Position numbers and translations under genes: made by a program. From assembly GCA_037441385.1 (NCBI GenBank), contig JBBISH010000001.1, forward strand, positions 71,190-135,189: a stretch of DNA of 64,000 bases. Reading direction: 5' to 3'. The notes under the pieces are model-generated. The model searched no databases. It was given only the letters and a program-made list of their open reading frames with translations, and was not told the origin of the DNA. The stretch comes from Myxococcales bacterium (GTDB lineage Bacteria; Myxococcota_A; UBA9042). This document shows positions 8,369 to 17,387 of this stretch, in pieces. Every line of letters begins with the position of its first letter. The first letter of the stretch is position 1.

Positions 8369-9052
8369 ATGAAGAAACCCAAGCCGCCTCCACCCAAGCA
8401 GCCGGCCCAGCCGCGCGGCACGTTTGGCGACACGGCCGCCCCGCACAAGCCGTTCGCCAGCGCGCTGGGCGACCTGAAAAAGCAAGTGCAAGCCCAAGAG
8501 CGCGCTCAGAAAGCCGAGGAGGAGCGCCGGGCGCGCATGCCGCCGCCGCCCCCGCCGCCACCGCAAGAGCTGAGCGACGACGAACTGTTGGCGATGGCCA
8601 TGAGCGGCGTCAAGCCCCTGGCGGGCCCCGAGCGAGTGGGCAAACCCACGCCTGCCAGTCTGCCGCAGGCCCCACAAGGTCGCGAACCAGCACCGCAATT
8701 GGGCCAAGAGCCCGACGAACCCGACTGGTGGTCCGCCAAGGTCGACGTCGCCTTTTTGTGGTCCCTGGGCGGCGACCGACCGTGGCAAAAGCGAGTCCAG
8801 CTCAAGGGCTGCGACCCAAGCAGCTTGGGCCCCGACATCGCCCGCGCTATCGTCCGCGCCCGCGAGCAGCACCACGGCTGCCTGCTGCTGGCCTTCGACG
8901 CCGGGCTGGTGCCGCAAGGCCTGCGCGTAGGCACATGGATTCGTGCCTATATACGGAAGGATCAGCGCCAGAACGTCATCGGATACATGACGGCCAAGCC
9001 CGCAGATGGCGGAACTCAGGCCATTTACCTGTGGGTACGGCCCAAGGTCTAG
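8369..9052 (+). CDS. Smr-like domain protein (SmrB/YfcN-type architecture, catalytic motifs degenerate)
   Basis: N-terminal DDELLAMAMSGVKPL resembles the SmrB DxxLFxxxMxGxxxL motif. C-terminal REQHHGCLLLAFDAG....DGGTQAIYLWV parallels SmrB RREHVFCACVMHGHG....YGGDAALLVL, but lacks the DLH and HGHG residues. Pro-rich linker. ATG at 8369 chosen over the TTG ORF start at 8294. Confidence 0.45.
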   Translation: MKKPKPPPPKQPAQPRGTFGDTAAPHKPFASALGDLKKQVQAQERAQKAEEERRARMPPPPPPPPQELSDDELLAMAMSGVKPLAGPERVGKPTPASLPQAPQGREPAPQLGQEPDEPDWWSAKVDVAFLWSLGGDRPWQKRVQLKGCDPSSLGPDIARAIVRAREQHHGCLLLAFDAGLVPQGLRVGTWIRAYIRKDQRQNVIGYMTAKPADGGTQAIYLWVRPKV

Positions 9053-10477
9053 CTAGATCTTGCGGCGAATCGGCAGGTCTTCGTTGACCCGCATCGGGTC
9101 CATGCCGGCGTAGTAGGCCTTGGTCGGGCGGTTGAACAGCGCCTTGGTCGTCAGCACCAGCAGGCCAAAGGCGACGAACAGGCCGCGCACCGCCCACTTG
9201 GTCATGTTGAACAGCGCGTCCTCTTTCTCTAGGTCATTCAAGATCTTCCAGCGACGGGCAAAGCCGTCGACCACGGCGAATTCGCGCTTGGTCGCGGTCT
9301 TGAGCTCCTGGTCGGTCATCCGGTCCACTTCGCGCAGCTTCTTCTCCAGGTCGCGTTTGCGGGGATCGTAGCGGTCGCTGATCTTGGCCAGTTCGTCAAA
9401 GTGGCGCTTGCTGGCGAATTCCTCGGCCTTGCGGTTGGTTTCGCTGCGGCGGTCGATCTCGGCCTGGCGCGCCGCCTTGGCCTCGGCCAGCTCGCGCTCT
9501 AGCCCGAGCCGCTCGTCGTTCAGGCGGAACCACTTGGGCCCCTTGCCCTTGGTGCCCGAACGCCAGCCCTTCTCTTCCTGAGTCAGCTCGGCCAGCACGC
9601 CATTGAGCTGCTTGTCCAAATCCGCAATACGCACGTCGTGTTGCGGCACTTCCAGCGACTCGAGCTTCAGGACCGGCGCCTCTTCTTTCAGCCGCGTGCG
9701 CGCCTTGCCTTCCTCGCCGGCGGTGTCGTCGATGTCTTTGCGAATGTCGCCGCGCAGTTGCTGCCGCGCACCTTCGCGCACGCCTTGGAGCTCGCCGTTC
9801 AGCCGACCTTGGATGACGTCGTTGAACACCATCAATTCCACCGGGATCGCCGTCACGGTGGCGAACAAGATCACCACAGCCACGCGCATCAGGATCGCCG
9901 GATTCAAGAACAGCGGCAGCTTGGCGCCGTAGACGTCGGCCGTGAGCACAAATCGCTCGAAGATCAAGATGATCGACGCGATCAAGAAGGCGAACAGCAC
10001 CGCCGGCGTCCAACCCGGCCAGCCCATCGCGTTGACAAAAACCCAGCGAAAACCCAGGGTCCAGGCCAGCATGTCCATGCAAAACTGCACGCCCATCAAC
10101 ACGACGCCAAAGCCGACCTGGGCCTGTACGGTGCGCGGCATGGGGCCGTGTTCGTCCAAGACCAGCAGGCGGATCAGCGGGTGCAGCCACGTGCGGGCAT
10201 ACAAGTCCATATAGGGCGCCACTTGGATGCGCTGATGCGGCACGCGCGGCGCGGCTGCAGCAACCGCTTCGGTCGGGGCAACCGGCTTGCTTGCGGGGCG
10301 CTCCGGCAGGTGCGGCAGCTCAGCGCGCTCGCCACCGGGCTCATTCGCATGATCCGCACCGTGGCCGATGCGGGCAGCGTCCAGCTCGGCGATGTCCACG
10401 AGTTCGTCTTGCGGATCCACCACTTCAAGGGTCCGCCCACCTTCGAGCTCGCGCGCTTTGACCGACGACAACGCCAT
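9053..10477 (-). CDS. Membrane coiled-coil protein (DUF4407-like: N-terminal TM helices, long charged coiled coil, C-terminal TM)
   Basis: ATG at 10477 preceded by a GGTGAG RBS. Hydrophobic segments (FAFLIASIILIF, VAVVILFATVTAI). K/E/R-rich heptad region. C-terminal TM (GLFVAFGLLVLTT). Confidence 0.55.
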   Translation of the reverse strand: MALSSVKARELEGGRTLEVVDPQDELVDIAELDAARIGHGADHANEPGGERAELPHLPERPASKPVAPTEAVAAAAPRVPHQRIQVAPYMDLYARTWLHPLIRLLVLDEHGPMPRTVQAQVGFGVVLMGVQFCMDMLAWTLGFRWVFVNAMGWPGWTPAVLFAFLIASIILIFERFVLTADVYGAKLPLFLNPAILMRVAVVILFATVTAIPVELMVFNDVIQGRLNGELQGVREGARQQLRGDIRKDIDDTAGEEGKARTRLKEEAPVLKLESLEVPQHDVRIADLDKQLNGVLAELTQEEKGWRSGTKGKGPKWFRLNDERLGLERELAEAKAARQAEIDRRSETNRKAEEFASKRHFDELAKISDRYDPRKRDLEKKLREVDRMTDQELKTATKREFAVVDGFARRWKILNDLEKEDALFNMTKWAVRGLFVAFGLLVLTTKALFNRPTKAYYAGMDPMRVNEDLPIRRKI

Positions 10478-10704
10478 GTGCCACTCACCTGCCCCTGCAG
10501 TCCGAACAACGAATCTGCAGAATTCTCGGCTGTTCCCTGTTTGGTGGCCCGCCGCGCAAGTCCGCGGCAGGGCACTCAAGAACGCAAAAGGATACTTGTT
10601 TCCACCGCGGGCGTCCAGCAAATCCAACGCCTGGGCCCCACAACCTATTCCAGGCTGGTGCGTCCCAGGCGTGCCTGCGGTAGGCTGCGGCGATGGAGGT
10701 TGCG

Positions 10705-11364
10705 ATGCTGGGTTGGCTGGCCCTGATGGTCCTGCAAGTGGCGGCGGCAGAACGGGTTCACCCCGGCGCTGAGCCGCTGGGCGCCCAAGATGCACCGTAC
10801 GTCCTAGACGGCGTGCCGCGCTGGATCCCAGGCAAGGGGCCCCTGCACTGCCCCAAAGTGCCTCTGACCCTCTACCGTGGCCAGTCGCTCAAGTATGCCG
10901 GCGCGGTGATGGTCCATCCGGAATTCGCCAAGCACTTGGCCCTGTTCGAAGAAGTCGCGCGCGACACGGCCATCGAGGTCTACGGCCGCGCCCCCAAGGC
11001 GATCCGCCACCTGGGCACGCTCAACTGCCGCCGCATCCGCACCTGGCCCGAGCTGCTGTCCGAGCACGGCCTAGGCAATGGCATCGACGTCGCCGGTTTT
11101 GACCTGCCCGCGCTGGGCAAAGGCGATCCGCACTACGCCAGTACGCCGGTGGCATTGCGCGGACCGCTCCAAATCCGGCTGGCACAGCACTGGCAAGGCG
11201 GCGCCAGCGAAACGGCCAAGGCCCACGCGCACTTCCTGCACTTGCTGGCGCAGCGCCTGACCGATCGCAAAGACATCTTCCGCGTGCTGCTGGGCCCGGC
11301 CTACCCCGGCCACAAAGACCACTTCCACTTCGATTGTGCGCCCTGGCGCCTGGTCACGATCTAG
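10705..11364 (+). CDS. Extensin-like C-terminal domain family protein
   Basis: EHGLGNGIDVAGFDL and HKDHFHFD motifs typical of the Extensin_like_C (PF06904) family. Alternative start at 10693. Confidence 0.6.
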   Translation: MLGWLALMVLQVAAAERVHPGAEPLGAQDAPYVLDGVPRWIPGKGPLHCPKVPLTLYRGQSLKYAGAVMVHPEFAKHLALFEEVARDTAIEVYGRAPKAIRHLGTLNCRRIRTWPELLSEHGLGNGIDVAGFDLPALGKGDPHYASTPVALRGPLQIRLAQHWQGGASETAKAHAHFLHLLAQRLTDRKDIFRVLLGPAYPGHKDHFHFDCAPWRLVTI

Positions 11365-11407
11365 CGAACGTTCAGGCAACTGCGTACCATCCAGGGCGAG
11401 GTGACCC

Positions 11408-12112
11408 ATGCCGTGGTTGTTCGATCCACCTGCCCCGCCCTCGCTGGCCATCGCCGGCCGCCCCGAGCGGCTGCCGGTGCGGCGCATCTGGTGCGTTGGG
11501 CGCAATTATCGCGCGCATATTCAAGAGATGGGTGGTGATCCGCAACGTGATACACCTATTTTCTTCGCCAAACCTGCTGATGCGATTCTACAAATATCAA
11601 GTGGAACCCTGGGTCAGCTCCCCTACCCGCCTCGCACCAACGATTTCCACTACGAGGCAGAACTGGTCATTGCTATTGGCCGTTTTGGCCGATCGATCGC
11701 GCCCGAGGTCGCCTTGGACCACGTGTTGGGCTACGCAGTGGGCCTGGACATGACCCGCCGCGATGCCCAGCGCGCCGCCAAGGCGACGGGCGGACCGTGG
11801 GAACTAGCCAAATCCTTTGATGATTCGGCGGTGATTGGCGATCTGCACTTGGCCAGCGAGGTCGGGCATCGCCACCAGGGCCGGCTGAGCCTGGCGGTGG
11901 ACGGAGTGGCCAAGCAGAACGCCGATCTGGCCGAAATGATCTGGAATGTTCCCCTCATCGTCGCGCACTTGTCGCAATGGGTCGCGATCGCTCCGGGCGA
12001 CCTGATCTACACGGGCACGCCCGAAGGAGTGGGCGCCGTGGTGCCCGGCCAGCGCATGTACGCCTCGATCGACGGCTTGGGCAGCCTGGCCGTAGAGGTG
12101 GTGTCCCCTTGA
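11408..12112 (+). CDS. Fumarylacetoacetate hydrolase (FAH) family protein
   Basis: FAH-fold motifs (AELVIAIGR, GDLIYTGTPEGVG). 234 aa. Stop TGA 12110-12112. Confidence 0.8.
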   Translation: MPWLFDPPAPPSLAIAGRPERLPVRRIWCVGRNYRAHIQEMGGDPQRDTPIFFAKPADAILQISSGTLGQLPYPPRTNDFHYEAELVIAIGRFGRSIAPEVALDHVLGYAVGLDMTRRDAQRAAKATGGPWELAKSFDDSAVIGDLHLASEVGHRHQGRLSLAVDGVAKQNADLAEMIWNVPLIVAHLSQWVAIAPGDLIYTGTPEGVGAVVPGQRMYASIDGLGSLAVEVVSP

Positions 12113-12636
12113 GCCACTGGACGCCCTTGCCGAATGCGACGTTCGCCGCCCTCGACTTCGAGACGGCCGACCGGCACAGCGACAGCGCCTGCGCCATCGG
12201 GCTGGCGTTGGTGCAAAACGGCGAGGTGGTGCGCGTGTTGCACCGGCATATCCGTCCGCCGCGCAACAGCTTTGAGCACAGCTGGGTGCACGGCATCACC
12301 TGGGACGACGTGCGCGAAGCCCCCACGTTTGGCGAGCTCTGGCCCGAGATCGCATCGTTCCTGCAGGGTTGCGAGTTCCTGGTCGCGCACAACGCCGGCT
12401 TCGAGCGGCGCGTGCTGACCACCTGCCTGGGCGCCGTGGGCTTGGCCCTGCCCAGTCAGCCGATCCACTGCACCGTGCAGTTGGCCAAGCGCACCTGGCC
12501 GATTCCCAAACACAATCTGCCCAGTGTGTGCGCCCACCTGGGCATTGCGCTGCGCCACCACGACGCGGCATCCGACGCCGAAGCCTGCGCGCGCATCGTG
12601 CTGGCGGCGGCCCGGCAAGGCGAAGGCACACCATGA
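12109..12636 (+). CDS. DEDDh-type 3'-5' exonuclease (DnaQ-like), about 175 aa
   Basis: Exo I LDFETAD, Exo II HNAGFERRVL and Exo III HHDAASDAEA motifs. The only in-frame start is TTG 12109, which overlaps the FAH stop (TTGA). No ATG is available. Confidence 0.6.
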   Translation: MSHWTPLPNATFAALDFETADRHSDSACAIGLALVQNGEVVRVLHRHIRPPRNSFEHSWVHGITWDDVREAPTFGELWPEIASFLQGCEFLVAHNAGFERRVLTTCLGAVGLALPSQPIHCTVQLAKRTWPIPKHNLPSVCAHLGIALRHHDAASDAEACARIVLAAARQGEGTP

Positions 12637-15173
12637 AGGTTCGGTTGACATTGCCTGTTCTTGCCGCGCTCGCCGGGCTCGGCATGGCCTGCGGCGGCCA
12701 GGGCGATCCGGAATATTCCAGCGACGGTATCCTGCACAGTGACAGCGGGGCCGCCGAGACCACGGCCGCGTCCATCTTGGAACCCAGCGATGGTATGTGG
12801 TTTTCGTTCACGCCCGCCACCAGTCGCATCGCGATCCTGCGCGGCCAGACCCAAGTGCTGGCGGTCGCCGATCCAAGCAACCTGGGGCTGGCCGTGCGCA
12901 TGGCAATGCCCAAAGTGCAGTTCAAGTTTGGCTCGTTCCTGTTCGACGACAGCGGCGCTGCGCCGTGGCAGGCCGTAACCAAGCTCGAGTTGCAGGGAAG
13001 TGCTGAAAACATTGCCTGGTTTTCGGCTACCGGCCCTGGCGGCTCGCCGCTGGGCACGCTGCGTTTGACCGTGGAGTCGGCCAGCCAGGCGCGCCTGATC
13101 TTCGAGCCGACCAGCGACTTCAACCAGACCACGATCGCCTGGAATTGCGAGACCAAAGAGCACTTTGTGGGCTTTGGCGGTCAAGGCTTCGACGTGGACC
13201 ACCGCGGCCATCGCCTGGACCTGTGGGTCAGCGAAGACGGCATCGGCAAGCTCCCAGGCGAAGAGGCGCCGCCGCTGTGGTTCGTCAACGGCAAGCGCGA
13301 TCAAAGCCACACGCCCATGCCGCTTTTCGTGTCCAGCCGCGACTACGGGGCCCTGTTGCGCTCGGACTACCGGGTGCTGGTCGATGTGTGCAAGGCGGAT
13401 CCCAAGCTGCTGCGCTGGGAAAACCAAGGCGGCAAGCTCGACGTGACGGTAGTGGCCGCCACCGGGCCGCAAGCGGTCAATAGCAATCTGGCCGGCGTGC
13501 TGGGGACACCGCGGATGCTGCCGGGCTTTGCGCTCATGCCGTGGCTCGACGCGATCTACGGCAACGGCAACGTGCTGCGCGTCGCCAAGAAGCTCAAGGA
13601 CTTGCAGATCCCGGCCAGCGCCATCTGGAGCGAGGACTGGCGGGGCGGCACCGCCACCGGCGAGGACTACACCCTGGACGAGGATTGGAAGGCCGACGGC
13701 AAGCTCTACCCAAACATGCCAGATCTTTCTAAACAGTTACACGATCTTGGGTTCAAGTTCTTGACGTACAACAACACGTTTATCACTCAAGATGCAGATA
13801 TTTGGAAGGAATCTACCGACGCCGGCTATGCCATCAAAGATAGCACTGGCAAGCCCTACACGTTCATCGGCGGCAAATTCGTGCCCGCCACCCTGCTCGA
13901 CCTGGATAACCCAGATGCGGCCAAGTGGGCCAAGCAGGTCTATGCCACCGGGCTCGAGGCCGGTGCCGACGGCTGGATGGCCGACTTTTGCGAGTGGCTG
14001 CCCACCGACGCGGTGACGGCCGCCGGCTCGGGCTGGAATCGCCACCAGGGCTATCCGGTGCAATACCAGAAGCTCAATCAAGAGTTGCTGGATGCTTGGG
14101 CCGCCAAGGATGGCCGCGAGCGCGTCACGTTCGTGCGCTCAGCTTGGCTGGGCTCGCAGCCGCTGGTGCAGGTGATGTGGGGCGGCGACCAGCAGACCGA
14201 CTTCTCGGCCGGCGACGGCCTGCCCAGCGTCGTGCCGATTGGCCTGGGCCTGGGCGTGGCTGGGTTCCCGTATTTTGGTTCGGATATCGCCGGGTATGCC
14301 TCGGCCGGGACCGTGCCGACCGACAAGGAGCTGTTCTTCCGCTGGGTACCGCTGGCCGCGCTGACCCCCGTGTTCCGCACCCACCACGGCAAGCTGGCGC
14401 AGGCCAACTGGCAGTGGGAGCACGACGATGAAACCACAGCGCACTTCAAGCGTTGGGCCACGTTGCACACCCAGCTATTCCCCTACCTGTGGATGCTGGC
14501 GCAGTCCCCCGAAGTGGCCATGATGCGGCCGCTGGCCTGGCAATTCCCAGCGTTTGAACCAGGTTGGACGCGCACGGATCAATACATGCTGGGCGACCGT
14601 ATCGCCGTGGCACCGGTCGTGACCAAGGGCGCGCTCAACCGCAAGCTGGATCTGCCGCCGATCCAGTGGTTCCCGCTGCTGCCGCCGTGGGCCAAGCCCG
14701 GTACCACCGTGGCCGAGACGCCGCTACAGGGCGGCACCGACCTGGCCGTGGACGTGTCGCTGACCGAAATTGCCGCCTTTGTGCAGGCGGGTACGCTGCT
14801 GCCCCTGCTGCCCGCGGGGAGCGAAGCGGCGTGGGCCGACAGCTTGGGCCGAATGAGCGCGCCGCAAGCCTGGAAGACCGCGCCCGTGGGCGTAGAGCTG
14901 TGGATCTGGCCGGGGCCCAAGGGCACCCACTCGGCCGCCCAGTACGGCACCGGCGACAGCCAATCCAGCTACCAGTGGGACGGCAGCCAATGGACCGGGG
15001 CTTGCAAGTCCGCGACGTTCAACGGCAAGCCCGCCGCCATCGTCAGCGGCGCCGTGGAACTGCAAGGGGTGGGCACCTTGGTCCTAGACGACACCGGCAC
15101 ACTGCAGATCGGCGGCGGCGCCAACAACCCCGAGGTGGCCAAGCGCGTGCGCGTCGTCTGCCGGGGCCATTGA
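12633..15173 (+). CDS. Glycoside hydrolase family 31 lipoprotein (alpha-glucosidase / alpha-xylosidase-like)
   Basis: ATG 12633 overlaps the exonuclease stop (ATGA). Lipoprotein signal LGMAC. GH31 signature 2 GSDIAGY...LFFRWVPLAALTPVFRTHH. Catalytic region GWMADFCEW. RSAWLGSQ...WGGDQQTDFS. Confidence 0.8.
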   Translation: MKVRLTLPVLAALAGLGMACGGQGDPEYSSDGILHSDSGAAETTAASILEPSDGMWFSFTPATSRIAILRGQTQVLAVADPSNLGLAVRMAMPKVQFKFGSFLFDDSGAAPWQAVTKLELQGSAENIAWFSATGPGGSPLGTLRLTVESASQARLIFEPTSDFNQTTIAWNCETKEHFVGFGGQGFDVDHRGHRLDLWVSEDGIGKLPGEEAPPLWFVNGKRDQSHTPMPLFVSSRDYGALLRSDYRVLVDVCKADPKLLRWENQGGKLDVTVVAATGPQAVNSNLAGVLGTPRMLPGFALMPWLDAIYGNGNVLRVAKKLKDLQIPASAIWSEDWRGGTATGEDYTLDEDWKADGKLYPNMPDLSKQLHDLGFKFLTYNNTFITQDADIWKESTDAGYAIKDSTGKPYTFIGGKFVPATLLDLDNPDAAKWAKQVYATGLEAGADGWMADFCEWLPTDAVTAAGSGWNRHQGYPVQYQKLNQELLDAWAAKDGRERVTFVRSAWLGSQPLVQVMWGGDQQTDFSAGDGLPSVVPIGLGLGVAGFPYFGSDIAGYASAGTVPTDKELFFRWVPLAALTPVFRTHHGKLAQANWQWEHDDETTAHFKRWATLHTQLFPYLWMLAQSPEVAMMRPLAWQFPAFEPGWTRTDQYMLGDRIAVAPVVTKGALNRKLDLPPIQWFPLLPPWAKPGTTVAETPLQGGTDLAVDVSLTEIAAFVQAGTLLPLLPAGSEAAWADSLGRMSAPQAWKTAPVGVELWIWPGPKGTHSAAQYGTGDSQSSYQWDGSQWTGACKSATFNGKPAAIVSGAVELQGVGTLVLDDTGTLQIGGGANNPEVAKRVRVVCRGH

Positions 15174-15199
15174 CCGTGGCCGATCGCCCGCCCAACCGC

Positions 15200-15949
15200 A
15201 TGGACTGGCCACCCGGCCATGTGCCGCTCGAGCGCGCCCTCTCCAAGCTGGGCCTGGCCAGCCGCACGCAAGCCCGTGCCTGGATTAGCGAAGGCCGCGT
15301 GACCGTTGGCGGCCTGGTGGTGCGCGACCCGCAGCTGCCCGTGGTGCCCGAGCGGATCCAAGTCCAGATCGATCAGGCGCCGGTAGCACAAAACGCCCTG
15401 ATCCTGCTGGCCTATCACAAACCGCGTGGCCTGCTGGTCACCCGCGACGACCCGCAGGGCCGGCCGACCATCTACAGCGAGCTGGGCGAAAAGGTGCACG
15501 GCGTGCAGGCCGTCGGGCGGTTGGATCAGGCGACCAGCGGCCTGCTGCTGCTGACCAACGACACACAACTGGCCAATCTACTTCTGGATCCGCGATCGCG
15601 GGTCACGCGGCGCTACCTGGTCGAAGTGCGCGGTTTGGCGGGCCCCGATCTGCCGGCGCGGCTCGTGCAGGGGGTGATCGACGACGGCGAACGGCTTGCC
15701 GCGGACGCCGTGACGATCAAGAAAGCGTCGCGGCGCGAGAGCCAGTTGCTGCTTGACCTGTGCGAGGGCAAGAATCGCGAGGTGCGGCGCCTGCTTGCGG
15801 CGTGTGGGCACCCGGTGCAACGCTTGCTGCGGATCGCCTACGGCTCCATCGCGCTGGGCTCGCTGCAGCCGGGCCAGTTGCGGACAGAAGACATCGAGGC
15901 GGTCCGAAGCTGGCTGCAGCAAGAACCCGCAAGTCGGCCTTCAGCCTAG
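15200..15949 (+). CDS. rRNA pseudouridine synthase (RluB/RsuA family) with S4 domain
   Basis: S4 RNA-binding N-terminus (RLDKALSKLGLASRTQA-like). Catalytic GRLDQATSGLLLLTND. Alternative GTG start at 15176. Confidence 0.8.
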   Translation: MDWPPGHVPLERALSKLGLASRTQARAWISEGRVTVGGLVVRDPQLPVVPERIQVQIDQAPVAQNALILLAYHKPRGLLVTRDDPQGRPTIYSELGEKVHGVQAVGRLDQATSGLLLLTNDTQLANLLLDPRSRVTRRYLVEVRGLAGPDLPARLVQGVIDDGERLAADAVTIKKASRRESQLLLDLCEGKNREVRRLLAACGHPVQRLLRIAYGSIALGSLQPGQLRTEDIEAVRSWLQQEPASRPSA

Positions 15950-17065
15950 TCTTTCCTTCAACCACTCGGCCGCATAGGCCCAAACCTGGGTTGGGGCATG
16001 GCGACCGGCCATCACCCCCATGTGCCCACCCGGCACCTCGCGGAAGGTCGTGTCGCTCGTCCCCAGCACACCCAGCACCTCGCGCGCAGCCGCAGGTGGG
16101 ACGATCTTGTCCGTCTTGCCGGCAAAAGCCAGGACCGGGCAGGTGATGTCGCGCAAATTGGCTGTCTTGTCGCCAAATTGCATGGTGCCCTGCATGAGCT
16201 TGTTGTCCTTGACAAAGTCGCCCAGCAACTGACGGAACGCGTCGCCGGGATAGTCGACGAAGTGCGAAGTCCAGGCCGTGACCCCGTCAAAACCATTGAC
16301 GAAATCGTCGTTCCACAGGTTCAGGAACAGGTCGGTGTAGCGGGTAACCGAGCCAATCGGGTTGGTCATACGGAACGCCGTAGCCGACAGCCCGCCCGGC
16401 ACGTTGCCCAGCCGCCGGCTGATGGCGTCGATCTGCGCGTGGCCATGGCGCACGAACACGTTGAGCAGGCTCATCTTTTGCGCGTCGATCGGCGAGCCAA
16501 TCGTGACGATGGCGCGCACGCGCGGGTCCTTGTGCACCGCCGTGTGGAACAGCGCGAACAGGCCGCCCTGGCAATAGCCCAGCAACGCCAAGTCGATGGA
16601 TTGACTGATCTCCAAGGTGCGGTCGATGGCAAATGGCACCCAGTCCAGCACATAGTCGTCCAGCGTCACGTTCTGGTGCTCCTTGCCGGGCGCGCCAAAA
16701 TCCAGCAAAAACACGTCGAAACCGGCCCGCAAGAAGGTGCGCACCAGGCTGCGGCGCGGCGCCAAGTCGTAGATCCACGGCTGGACCATCAGCGGCGGGA
16801 TGAGCAGCACCGGCACGGGCCGGCGCGGAGCCTCGATGCGCACAGTGGTACGGCCAATCTCCAAGTCCTCGTCCTGCAGCAGCGGCCGGTAGTGCCGCAG
16901 GGTGACAAGTGCGCGGCGGCCCACCACGTCGTAGGGCGTGCGGTCGACCACATCGGCGGGATCGCGCTGCAACCATTCGATACCGTTGACGAACCCCGTG
17001 GCCGCCCGCACGGCAGTCCGCTCGATCTTGGCCAAGCTGCGCCGACCCGAGGGAGTGCGACTCAT
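15941..17065 (-). CDS. Poly(3-hydroxyalkanoate) synthase-like alpha/beta hydrolase (PhaC class III/IV-like)
   Basis: Lipase-box with catalytic Cys GYCQGG. PhaC-like N-terminal half (TPYDVVGRRALVTLRHYRP....DLAPRRSLVRTFLRAGFDVFLLDFG). ATG 17065 with a GGAAGGAAG RBS. The upstream 210 nt of the ORF is a GC artifact. Confidence 0.65.
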   Translation of the reverse strand: MSRTPSGRRSLAKIERTAVRAATGFVNGIEWLQRDPADVVDRTPYDVVGRRALVTLRHYRPLLQDEDLEIGRTTVRIEAPRRPVPVLLIPPLMVQPWIYDLAPRRSLVRTFLRAGFDVFLLDFGAPGKEHQNVTLDDYVLDWVPFAIDRTLEISQSIDLALLGYCQGGLFALFHTAVHKDPRVRAIVTIGSPIDAQKMSLLNVFVRHGHAQIDAISRRLGNVPGGLSATAFRMTNPIGSVTRYTDLFLNLWNDDFVNGFDGVTAWTSHFVDYPGDAFRQLLGDFVKDNKLMQGTMQFGDKTANLRDITCPVLAFAGKTDKIVPPAAAREVLGVLGTSDTTFREVPGGHMGVMAGRHAPTQVWAYAAEWLKERLG

Positions 17066-17234
17066 GCTGCTTCCTTCCGTGCGACCACAGCGGGTCCGCC
17101 CGGCCAGCATAGCCCGCAGGCGCCCGTGTGTCGAAAACGCGGCAGCGGAATCGCGGGAGTTGCGCTGTCGTCCCGCGCGGTTGTCGCGCAGCACCGAGCA
17201 GAGTATCCTGGCCGAAACGGCGCGAGAGGTGGCG

Positions 17235-17387
17235 ATGCAGTCCAAGAAATTCAAATGGTTGGCATGGTTGACCACCTTGGTTCTGGATGTCGTGCCCCAT
17301 TGCGGCGGCTACCAGCGCCCCATGCCCGTCGAGCGGCCGGCCCAGAGCGAGGCCGGCGCAGACACCACCGGTAGTAGCGCGCGGTGA
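17235..17387 (+). CDS. Small hypothetical protein (50 aa) with hydrophobic N-terminus
   Basis: ATG preceded by AGAGGTG. MQSKKFKWLAWLTTLVLDVV.... The stop overlaps the GTG start of the next ORF (GTGA). Confidence 0.35.
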   Translation: MQSKKFKWLAWLTTLVLDVVPHCGGYQRPMPVERPAQSEAGADTTGSSAR

